Virus record (IMG/VR): IMGVR_UViG_3300027852_001421
Source: a virus
Taxonomy: Duplodnaviria; Heunggongvirae; Uroviricota; Caudoviricetes
Length of the DNA: 64,000 nucleotides
Strand: one strand, 5' to 3'
The translations under genes and the position numbers were made by a program. Below, piece after piece: positions 20,341 through 28,157 of the stretch (position 1 is its first letter; the number at the start of each line of letters is the position of its first letter). The notes beneath the pieces were generated by a model. The model made no database searches. It saw nothing but the letters and a program-made list of their open reading frames with translations, and had not been told where the DNA came from.

Positions 20341-20416
20341 TCTCCTAAATTTGGCATCCGCAGCGAGGATCGAACTCGCGTCTTCGGGGTGAGGTCCCGG
20401 TATTCTGACCAATTGA
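20341..20416 (-). tRNA. tRNA, probable tRNA-Glu (anticodon CUC) with atypical features
   Basis: Cloverleaf drawn by hand. Acceptor GTCCGCA/TGCGGAT (G1-U72 wobble), D arm GTTC-AATTGGTCA-GAAT, anticodon arm CCGGG-ACCTCAC-CCCGA (C at position 33, one C-A mismatch), T arm GCGAG-TTCGATC-CTCGC, discriminator G, encoded CCA. Total 76 nt. Confidence 0.6.
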
Positions 20417-20429
20417 ACTATGCGGACGT

Positions 20430-20505
20430 GGTGGTGATTTTGGCATCTCCTACGAGTCTCGAACTCGTTTCTGCTGCTTGAAAGGCGACTGTTCTAACCG
20501 GGTGA
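20430..20505 (-). tRNA. tRNA-Glu (anticodon UUC)
   Basis: Acceptor GTCTCCT/AGGAGAT (again G1-U72), D arm GTTC-ACCCGGTTA-GAAC, anticodon arm GTCGC-CTTTCAA-GCAGC, T arm ACGAG-TTCGAGA-CTCGT, G73, CCA. Same architecture as the neighbouring tRNA, 13 nt apart. Confidence 0.6.
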
Positions 20506-20525
20506 ACTAAGGAGACGTAAGGGCA

Positions 20526-20551
20526 TAAAAAAACCCGCCTCAGGGGCGGGT
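20526..20551 (-). terminator. Rho-independent terminator (minus strand)
   Basis: acccgcc-tcagg-ggcgggt hairpin with an A-run on the plus strand, giving a T-run after the hairpin on the minus strand. It lies between the 20805..21227 gene and the tRNA pair. Confidence 0.55.
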
Positions 20552-20804
20552 GCATGGGTATCGGGCGCGAAACTGAACTCTGGCGTCAGCGCGTCTCTCG
20601 ATACCCGGATTGTTCTTCCTGAAAACGGAACATGGTCTTCTTCCTTTGATTACACAGAGTTTCTCGCACATGAGTTTGGACAGCGCAAGTATTATTTTCG
20701 CAAAATGCGGAATTGGCTTGCAAGCCCCGCTCAAGCAGGGTTCTTCACCCAATCCCCCTGGAAGCCCCGTCTGTTCACGGCGGGAATGGATAGGGTGAAA
20801 CACA

Positions 20805-21227
20805 TTATTTAATCTCCGCAAGGTTGCTGTTCTTCTCCAATTGCTGACCTGAGATGGCAAAAGCCTCCGGCACCCCTGCCAGCCCTGTAACTTCAAAAAG
20901 GACCTTCTCGCCTTTTTCATAGCAATACCCCACGTCATCGCTGACGCTGCTAAAGGCAAAGCTGCCGCCGCGCTCTATGCAGGTCGTTTCAATATCGAGC
21001 AAAGCCGCCTCGCGCTCCGCAAAGCGCTCGTTCTGAGCGTCGAGCTGGATGAAGTAGAACGAGGCTCCGAAAACGATTAGAGAGACTGCCTGTAACACAA
21101 ACCCAACCGGTCCACGGATGAGTTGATACTCGATTGCATCCCCTCTTTTCTTCCAGCGCCGCGTACGTTCCGCATCCTTTTCCCGCATCTGCGATGTGCC
21201 TTCGGCATACTCATGTTGTCTCGGCAT
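20805..21227 (-). CDS. membrane-anchored hypothetical protein
   Basis: 140 aa with one TM helix. A TTTTTCGCG motif abuts the ATG. Confidence 0.5.
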   Translation of the reverse strand: MPRQHEYAEGTSQMREKDAERTRRWKKRGDAIEYQLIRGPVGFVLQAVSLIVFGASFYFIQLDAQNERFAEREAALLDIETTCIERGGSFAFSSVSDDVGYCYEKGEKVLFEVTGLAGVPEAFAISGQQLEKNSNLAEIK

Positions 21228-21407
21228 CGCGAAAAACCCTCTCTATGTTAAAGTTTATATATTCGCACTTCTTGTTGGGGCAACCTGTCGCCGTAGGAAT
21301 AATTCTGCCCAGCGGGGCTTAAAACTTCTTTGAACCTCTGGATTATCGCAAGCCATCCCTATACTGGCGGCACCAATCGAGACGAGAAAAACGAGACCAC
21401 AGGCAGT

Positions 21408-21932
21408 ATGATCACAGCAACCCTCATCGGCTATCTCGCGATCGCCATCAGCATCACGAGTTATATGCTTCGTGATGACCACCGTCTGCGGGTGCTGAAC
21501 GTCATCTCATGCCTGTTCTGGACCAGCTATTTTGTGATGCTCGGTGAGTGGACCTCGGTCGCCAGCCTCTCTCTGGCCTGCGTGATGATCTGGGGTGCGC
21601 TCTATGGGTACAAACGTACTGCGAATGTCGCCTGGTACCTTTGCATTGCAGCGATCCCGGCCTCCTTTGTGGCTGTCGCCGCAGGACAGATCACAATGAT
21701 CGATACCCTCCCCTTCATCGGCGGTGCGGCCATCAATACCGGTGTCGCATTTCTAAGCCGCGGCAAGCTCACCCTCGCCTGCGCAGCAGGAGAATGTACC
21801 TGGGGTCTCTTTGCGGTGATGATTGGCGCCTGGCCAAGCGCCTTCATGGCCCTGTTCTCACTGGGCGCTTTGGCCTATCGGGAGTTCTCGCGCTTCAGCT
21901 ACGAACGCCAGATCGGGAACGCGCCCGCCTGA
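21408..21932 (+). CDS. YgjV-like inner membrane protein
   Basis: Start MITATLIGYLAIAISITSY. Five or six TM helices and about 175 aa, consistent with the Imp-YgjV family. Confidence 0.5.
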   Translation: MITATLIGYLAIAISITSYMLRDDHRLRVLNVISCLFWTSYFVMLGEWTSVASLSLACVMIWGALYGYKRTANVAWYLCIAAIPASFVAVAAGQITMIDTLPFIGGAAINTGVAFLSRGKLTLACAAGECTWGLFAVMIGAWPSAFMALFSLGALAYREFSRFSYERQIGNAPA

Positions 21933-21945
21933 GGCAGGCGCCCCG

Positions 21946-23223
21946 TCAAGGACAGGGGGCCTCCACGTCTAGGGCTGTCCGTAGGGTGATCTCAACATTC
22001 TCGCGGCAGGGCCCTTCTGATTTGATCTTGAGATCATGCCCGCAAAGACCTGCGATGACCTCGGCGAGGTTCTCGCTGCTAATCTCTGAGACAAAAGGCC
22101 CCTCCCCCATATCCATCACCGAGATCTCGATATTATCGCCCAGCTGATCAAGGCAAGTGACCCCCAGGCCATGATCAATGTCTACGCCCTGCCCTGCGCT
22201 GCGCGCGAGATCGGCCGAGATGATGCGGTCCAACTCTCTGAGATCCAAGGGCGCGTAGCGGATGGCGTCCTGCCATTCGTTTGGCCTGTTGGTGCGGTCG
22301 ATCACCTCGGTGCCAGGCAAGGGTGTCGTTCCGCGGTCGAGCGGGAACGGCCCTGCCCCGTGCCGCGTGGCATAGGCGCGGGTCATGTAGATGATCTCTA
22401 GATCCGTGATCCCGGCGTTTCGGGCGATTTCCACCATGTTCTTGGCGCCCGTATGAGACCGCGTCACATGAGGAAAGACCCCGAGATCCATATCGAGCTG
22501 CAAACCTTGAGCGCCTTCGAAAACCACCGCATCGCGATCGCACAAGGCATCATCCGACATGAGGGAGACAACAGCCCTATATCTGTGCAGATCTTTTGCA
22601 AACCGGCCAGTGAAGCCCGATACATCGCTCAGAACAGGCTTCAGGTGATCTGGGATATCTGTAAGCCCCAAGGCTGCCAGCCGCGCGGGCACCCAGACCG
22701 AGGCGATCTCTCTCAGGCGTGACATCAGGTCTGGCGAGGTAAGGTCCTGCATGGTGAGAGAAGGGCCATTCTCTTGGCGCTCGAGGGTTTCCCCAAACCC
22801 CAGGCCGCAAGAGCCATGTTTATCACCACCGCGGGCAATTTCAGCGGCTTGATTGATGGCCATGTCCCAAGGTGTGGTGATTGGCGAGCGTGGATCGGCT
22901 GTGATTTGCAGATCTCGAACGCCTTTGCGCGCGAGATCCTCCAGCTCCGAAAAGAAGACCATTGGATGGGAGACAAAGAAGCGCGACAGATGCGTGGCCG
23001 CGCCCCGGAAGGATCCGGAGCCGATATGGTGAAATACATGGTGGCGACCGTCGCCCATGGTGACCCCGTGGCCCGCCTGTGCGCCGCCATTGGAGCGCAC
23101 CACGGTCACTTGGCGCCCCTGCTCCACAAGCTGTGCTGTAAGTGCGTCTGTGCCCAGCCCCTTACCTTCATCACCCCAGCCGGCGCCGATGATCCCATAG
23201 ACTTTGCGGATGTCATTTCCCAT
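21946..23223 (-). CDS. adenylosuccinate synthetase (PurA)-family protein, divergent paralog
   Basis: IIGAGWGDEGKGLGTD (PurA P-loop GDEGKGK with the last K replaced by L), GGAQAGHGV (the GGNNAGHT region), VVFEGAQGLQLDMDLGVFPHVTRSHT (the FEGAQG..D.D.GTYP.VTSS region). Confidence 0.7.
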   Translation of the reverse strand: MGNDIRKVYGIIGAGWGDEGKGLGTDALTAQLVEQGRQVTVVRSNGGAQAGHGVTMGDGRHHVFHHIGSGSFRGAATHLSRFFVSHPMVFFSELEDLARKGVRDLQITADPRSPITTPWDMAINQAAEIARGGDKHGSCGLGFGETLERQENGPSLTMQDLTSPDLMSRLREIASVWVPARLAALGLTDIPDHLKPVLSDVSGFTGRFAKDLHRYRAVVSLMSDDALCDRDAVVFEGAQGLQLDMDLGVFPHVTRSHTGAKNMVEIARNAGITDLEIIYMTRAYATRHGAGPFPLDRGTTPLPGTEVIDRTNRPNEWQDAIRYAPLDLRELDRIISADLARSAGQGVDIDHGLGVTCLDQLGDNIEISVMDMGEGPFVSEISSENLAEVIAGLCGHDLKIKSEGPCRENVEITLRTALDVEAPCP

Positions 23224-23749
23224 TCAGGACCTCACTCTCTTGAGTGTCATGATGGACCGTATTTTCCTGCTCGGGAGACAGCCGTGCGCAGAGATCCGCG
23301 ATGTAGTCGGTAAACCAAGCGGCGGCCTCAGGTGTCGCATGCTCAGCGACCGCCATGGGCTTCACGCGACCATCAGGGAAAGTGAAATCGACATGGACAG
23401 CCACGCGCTCCCCACGCTCGGGAGAGGCGAAGCGTTTGTCGCTCCCTTCAGTGATCCGAACCGCAGCTGGATAGCCGGCCGTGATCCCATGCATCACCAT
23501 GCCCAGAGCCCCATCATCAAAATAACGCAACTTGTCGAAGTCCTTGTCGAAGAAAGCCCCATAGGGCTTTAGCGTGTTGGCCAGTTCCCCCAGGCCGTAC
23601 ATCCCAAGCTTCATTTCCATTTCGCGGAAGGTCTTACGCATGAGGGGGAAGTGGCGCTCGGGGATGCGCAGAACGATTTCGGCCTCGCTGTTTTGCGGAG
23701 TCTCGCTCAAGGCAGGAGATGCAGCACCGCAGGTAGGGCATTTTGTCAT
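23213..23749 (-). CDS. hypothetical protein with N-terminal CPxC zinc-ribbon-like motif
   Basis: MTKCPTCGAAS at the N-terminus. It overlaps the PurA-like gene start by 11 nt, suggesting an operon. Confidence 0.5.
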   Translation of the reverse strand: MTKCPTCGAASPALSETPQNSEAEIVLRIPERHFPLMRKTFREMEMKLGMYGLGELANTLKPYGAFFDKDFDKLRYFDDGALGMVMHGITAGYPAAVRITEGSDKRFASPERGERVAVHVDFTFPDGRVKPMAVAEHATPEAAAWFTDYIADLCARLSPEQENTVHHDTQESEVLNGK

Positions 23750-23803
23750 AGGTCTTCGCTCCGGGGGAATTGGGCCTGATAGGCTTTATTCAGGCTCTTC
23801 TGG

Positions 23804-24766
23804 TTAGGGCGTGGGCATCTCATCTTCCGTGGTCAGGTCACTGTCGGGAGATGTAGGAATACTGAGGCGTATATCTGTGGTTGAAATACGCCAGTCCGCT
23901 TTACCCGCTGCAATCCGAACCAGATGGTCCCCCTCAAAGCTTGCGGTGATGTCTTCAGGCGTCACACCAGTGAGCTCTTCCAAGGACCGCGCTTCAATCC
24001 AGCTATCTTCCATGGAAGCGATGAAGGTATCCGTTGCCTTGTTCTGGATTTTCTCATCTACAAAAAGAGACCAGGCTTCTTGGCCCCCAAACTCGAGAAT
24101 GAGATATTGGGTGCCGTCCTTGCGGACCTTCATTGAAGCTTCCTTGCAGAACAGACTATATACGAGCGCCGCGTTAGCCCCCTGTCTTGCCTTCCTCGGG
24201 CTAAGATCGAGATCGAGGAAGGCATCGAAAGACTTCTGGTAGTGCTGTGAAAATTTGGTTTCGAAATCCCGTAGGACGCGCGCGGCGGCCTCAATCTCGG
24301 GTGGGGTGATGTCGCCATTCCGGGCATCTTCCAGGCCGCGGTCGTAGAATGCGGCATAGCGCTCCATGGAGGACTGATTGCGCATTGTGGAGAGGTCATC
24401 CACAAGAGCCGCGCCCTCCGGTGGCATCTGGCTGCCCGCGGCAGCCCCCGTAAGATATTCTGCCTGGGCCGCTTGATATTCACCGAGGACTTGGCCCGGA
24501 TCATCAAGATGGTGAGGCATGATCGGAAGTAAGCTCATTGCATATTGCAGCCCTTGGACAACGGCGATGCCACCGATACCCCAGACGGAGTACATTCTGG
24601 ACCACTTCGCTTTTGCGGTGCCTTTAGCGGTTTCGAGAGCTAGGGTCCCGATCCTTTGATACAGCGGCGTATCAGTGCTGGTCAGGCGGTCCTTGAAAGA
24701 TCGAAGTTCTTCTTTCTTCTTCTCAATGCTGGCCCGTGTTGCCGTTTTGATGCGCTTCATCTGCAT
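23804..24766 (-). CDS. hypothetical protein with one internal TM segment; C-terminus DLTTEDEMPTP
   Basis: 320-aa ORF with a hydrophobic segment WGIGGIAVVQGLQYAMSLL. Confidence 0.5.
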   Translation of the reverse strand: MQMKRIKTATRASIEKKKEELRSFKDRLTSTDTPLYQRIGTLALETAKGTAKAKWSRMYSVWGIGGIAVVQGLQYAMSLLPIMPHHLDDPGQVLGEYQAAQAEYLTGAAAGSQMPPEGAALVDDLSTMRNQSSMERYAAFYDRGLEDARNGDITPPEIEAAARVLRDFETKFSQHYQKSFDAFLDLDLSPRKARQGANAALVYSLFCKEASMKVRKDGTQYLILEFGGQEAWSLFVDEKIQNKATDTFIASMEDSWIEARSLEELTGVTPEDITASFEGDHLVRIAAGKADWRISTTDIRLSIPTSPDSDLTTEDEMPTP

Positions 24767-24780
24767 GCCTTTCTGTCAGT

Positions 24781-25194
24781 TCAGTCGAGCTCGATCTCAT
24801 CTTCAGGCTCGTCTTCGGGCTCATATCTCTGGATCCAATCCTCGATCGTGAGGACATGGGCCTCACAGGCAGCGGCGCCCAGGGGTCCAAAGGCGCCATG
24901 ACAGCCGCTCGGGCGCTGCGCTGTTTTGTGGAACACGGCGGCCCCATATACCTGAAGTTCTTCATCGGCCATCTCAGAAACTGCAGGGTCAGGCTTGATG
25001 TCCTGAGCCTTGATTTTTCCCATGACCACGGACCAGAGCGCTTCGGTCATCGAAGGTGCAACCCATTCGTCGGTCAACTCCAGCGATCCATCGAGAAGGC
25101 CGCCGCCGCGCTGAGAAAGTTCCCGGAGAACCAGGGCTGGTACGGAGTTGAAATCCTCTTCTGTGAAGGCTTCAGGGTGTTTGGGATCAGGCAT
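24781..25194 (-). CDS. small acidic protein; C-terminus YEPEDEPEDEIELD
   Basis: 137-aa ORF, 14 nt upstream of the next gene. Confidence 0.5.
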   Translation of the reverse strand: MPDPKHPEAFTEEDFNSVPALVLRELSQRGGGLLDGSLELTDEWVAPSMTEALWSVVMGKIKAQDIKPDPAVSEMADEELQVYGAAVFHKTAQRPSGCHGAFGPLGAAACEAHVLTIEDWIQRYEPEDEPEDEIELD

Positions 25195-25305
25195 GATTGG
25201 CTCCGGTCTAGGTAAGATACAACCCTACAAGAGGGCTGTGAAAAATCTTACAGTGATGCTCTTTCAAGGACGTAATGTCCGGGCGTTTCCACCCGGACCA
25301 CTGAC

Positions 25306-26229
25306 TCACAGCCGCTGAACACCGCGGGACTGGCCAGTCTTGGCCGGCACGCCCTTCAGGGCATTGGCCACGGTCAGCGCAGTCGAGCCAGACCAGCTCG
25401 CAGCCACATCGGAGGCCAGGGCCCCTTCGGTTACCTGGATCAGCGACACAACTGTCTCGGCCAGGGCATTGACGTCCTCGAGCTGAATGGTGCGCTCGGG
25501 CAGGATCTGGCGCCAGGTAGTGAGGACGTGATCGCGCGACTGGCCCCAGTTGCAGTAGCCCTCGTTGACCAGTGCGATGTGGAAGACCTCCCAATCGCGT
25601 TGAACCATACGGATGATGTCGGCCGCCGAGAGATCCGCCTCGACCGAGATGCCCAAAACACGCTCAATCTCTGCTTTGGTCATGCCATCGTGGATCGGCT
25701 CGTCGCCAATGGTGAAGAGGTAGCCCTTGCGGCCGCGTTTCTCGATCGCATCGGCGCGGACCTTGGTTGCGGCGAAAAGATGGGCCGACGAGTAGGATTC
25801 ACCGCCGTTTCCGCCCCCTGCCCCTTCAAGCCAGAGCTTGCGGGCCTGTTCAGCGACGCGAATATCGGCTTCGAACTGGGTTACCTGCAATGGCGCCCGG
25901 TCGGTTTTCGCATCCCCCACGCCCATGATCATGATATGCGGATCAGTGACCGGCTTGCGGTCATAGATCTGGGTCGCCAGAGTGTTGAGCCCGTCGCGCA
26001 TCAGCTTCTCAGCAATCATGCCCATGGAGCCGGTCACATCCGAGGCGAGGATGATCGGGGTCGACAGCGGGTTGTCCGCGGAGTCCCGGCTTTCACGGAA
26101 TTCGATCTTTGCAGGGTTGAATTCGTCTTTCATGTTGCGCGAGGTGAAAATCTGGCTTTGCGATTTACCCGCGGTGTTCTGTGCTGTGTAGCCGGCCCAA
26201 GCCGAGCTGTCCCAACGTCCGTCTCCCAT
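25306..26229 (-). CDS. von Willebrand factor A (VWA) domain protein
   Basis: AAGGAG 7 nt before ATG. MIDAS-like ILASDVTGSMG (DxTxS), then the downstream hydrophobic beta-strand pattern of a VWA fold. Confidence 0.65.
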   Translation of the reverse strand: MGDGRWDSSAWAGYTAQNTAGKSQSQIFTSRNMKDEFNPAKIEFRESRDSADNPLSTPIILASDVTGSMGMIAEKLMRDGLNTLATQIYDRKPVTDPHIMIMGVGDAKTDRAPLQVTQFEADIRVAEQARKLWLEGAGGGNGGESYSSAHLFAATKVRADAIEKRGRKGYLFTIGDEPIHDGMTKAEIERVLGISVEADLSAADIIRMVQRDWEVFHIALVNEGYCNWGQSRDHVLTTWRQILPERTIQLEDVNALAETVVSLIQVTEGALASDVAASWSGSTALTVANALKGVPAKTGQSRGVQRL

Positions 26230-26284
26230 TTCGATACTCCTTCATATGGTGTTACCCATGGTATAAATGATTAAGTTGCATTGT

Positions 26285-26315
26285 ACAAGTTGTAATGTGC
26301 AACTTAATAATTACG
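26285..26315. promoter_or_regulatory. palindromic candidate operator AAGTTGCA-N-TGCAACTT (a related copy at 27362-27392 is not listed separately)
   Basis: aagttgcattgtacaagttgtaatgtgcaacttaat downstream of the J-domain gene, and taacttgtatcatgcaacttaatatt between the J-domain gene and the divergent NrtR-like gene. Confidence 0.35.
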
Positions 26316-27324
26316 CGTATACACCAACCCCCGCACCGCTATATTTTGCAAAGCGCCGGACACCCCAGGCATCGGTCAAAGCCTTCTGCCATTTGGCGTA
26401 ATCGGCAATGCCATCTTGGCCTGGCGGGAGCATCAGCCAGTTTCGGATGGGCTCCGGAAGATTTAAGCTGGCGAGCTTGCTCAAAGAAGGTGCCCCTAAG
26501 GCCTCGCAGGTGGTGCGCCGGATTAATTCAAGATCCAAAGATGGATCGACTGTCACGCCCGGAACCGCGAGCTGGGGTGAAAGCTGCAGCGTCCGGTTGG
26601 GCAGCATTGCAGGGCGCATGCCGGCTTCAGTGGCAAAGCCCCAGCCAGCGACCAGGCGCACAGCATGGGTTTCGGGGTCGACCATGACAGTGTCAGGGCT
26701 AATGGCGCCATGCACCAAGCCTGCCCAAGTCAACCAGGCTGCGATGTTCATTAGGCCAGAGCAGAGCCAGGCCGCGTGTTTTGGTGCCATCGGGCCGTCG
26801 CTTGCAATGAGGTCTGCCAGAAGCACGTCTCCCTGCCGGCGTTCATGGGTGATCAAGATCCCGCCGCCCTGCAGATCGATCCGCGATTTGTGGCGGGGTA
26901 GAAACATCCGCATCTGCTTTTCCATCTTTGCATCGGCAAATTTGAAACCGGCCAGGGTGCGCAGCTCGGCTTCGGCGATATCCGCGAGATCGGCCTCGAA
27001 GATCTGGCCGATACTGACTGGACCAACCATCAAAAGACCAATGTCTGTCTCATGGCGCGACAGGTACCGCATGGCCTGGCGCTTGCCGGTGGTGGTGGTG
27101 AAGATCTGCTGATCGATCGGCCGCCGCGGTGCGCCGCGGGCGGCGTCCCGTAGGGTGACGAGCTTGGCAAAGACCTCATGAGCCTTCGGGTCCGGGCAGT
27201 GGTCCGGGTGCCAGCGTGCGGCGAGTGTGCGAAAAGACTTTTTGTCAGCCTTCTCATCTCCAGAGAAAATCTTGGCTGCTTCACTGAGACCCATGTTGAG
27301 AATGCGTTCTGCTGAAAGGTTCAT
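26311..27324 (-). CDS. J-domain (DnaJ-like) protein with uncharacterised C-terminal domain
   Basis: N-terminal KKSFRTLAARWHPDHCPD (HPD tripeptide with flanking J-domain helices). TGGAG before ATG 27324. Confidence 0.65.
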   Translation of the reverse strand: MNLSAERILNMGLSEAAKIFSGDEKADKKSFRTLAARWHPDHCPDPKAHEVFAKLVTLRDAARGAPRRPIDQQIFTTTTGKRQAMRYLSRHETDIGLLMVGPVSIGQIFEADLADIAEAELRTLAGFKFADAKMEKQMRMFLPRHKSRIDLQGGGILITHERRQGDVLLADLIASDGPMAPKHAAWLCSGLMNIAAWLTWAGLVHGAISPDTVMVDPETHAVRLVAGWGFATEAGMRPAMLPNRTLQLSPQLAVPGVTVDPSLDLELIRRTTCEALGAPSLSKLASLNLPEPIRNWLMLPPGQDGIADYAKWQKALTDAWGVRRFAKYSGAGVGVYA

Positions 27325-27459
27325 AATGGGCTCCAATATCACTGTTGTAGTTAAACTAAGTAAATAACTTGTATCATGCAACTTAATATTCTATATCTGA
27401 TTAAACGATGTAATTTAGGGGGCTTGGATAGAACCGGCCGCCTCTCGGCAGGAGACAAC

Positions 27460-28155
27460 ATGACAGAGACGCCATTACCAAAGGATGCCGCCTATAACCC
27501 GATTTGTACCGTTGATGCTGTTCTTCTGACCATTGAGGGCGATTGCCTAAAGGTGCTTTTACACCGTCGGCCTAAGGCGCCTTTTGAGGGGTGTTGGGCG
27601 CTTGTTGGCGGCTACATTCACCGCGATGAGGATCAGGGCGTTCTGGAGGCTGTGCAGCGCATCCTACGTGACAAGGCAGGACTGCCTGCGCTGCACCTTG
27701 AACAGCTGCAGACCTACTCCGGTCCCAAGCGGGATCCACGCGGCTGGTCTGTCTCAGTAGCCCATCTCGGTTTAGTGCCGCGCGCGCAACTTGAGCTTCC
27801 TCAAGACCCTGATGTTTTGCTGACAGATGTGGAAGAACTGCCCGAACTGGCTTTCGACCACCGAACCATACTTGATGATGCGGTGGCACGCCTGCGCGGA
27901 AAGAGCGCCTATTCCACTCTGCCAGCGTCATTCCTCGATGCGCTCTTCACTCTGCCCGAACTGCACCGTGCCTATGAGATTGTCCTGGGGGTGAAGCTCG
28001 ATCCAAGTTCGTTCCGACGCAAAGCCCTCGACCGCGGCATGATTGAAGATAGCGGTGAGATGCGCACCGATGGGAGCCGGCGTCCAGCAAAACTATACCG
28101 TCTTTGCGCGCCAGCCCAGACATTCGATCAGACCTTCGCGCCGCAGCAGTGGTGA
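27460..28155 (+). CDS. NrtR-like regulator (degenerate Nudix domain plus C-terminal winged helix)
   Basis: AGGAGACAAC-ATG. Nudix-box remnant GGYIHRDEDQGVLEAVQRILRDKAGL with the catalytic RE/EE positions substituted (RI, DK), as in non-catalytic NrtR proteins. A C-terminal region of about 80 aa is consistent with a wHTH. Confidence 0.6.
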   Translation: MTETPLPKDAAYNPICTVDAVLLTIEGDCLKVLLHRRPKAPFEGCWALVGGYIHRDEDQGVLEAVQRILRDKAGLPALHLEQLQTYSGPKRDPRGWSVSVAHLGLVPRAQLELPQDPDVLLTDVEELPELAFDHRTILDDAVARLRGKSAYSTLPASFLDALFTLPELHRAYEIVLGVKLDPSSFRRKALDRGMIEDSGEMRTDGSRRPAKLYRLCAPAQTFDQTFAPQQW

Positions 28156-28157
28156 CC

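Noticed and set aside
20540-20959. 139-aa Arg-rich ORF spanning the terminator and the 250-nt spacer upstream of the tRNAs
   Set aside because: Composition not protein-like. The region more likely holds promoter and terminator elements, possibly a small RNA (not demonstrable here).
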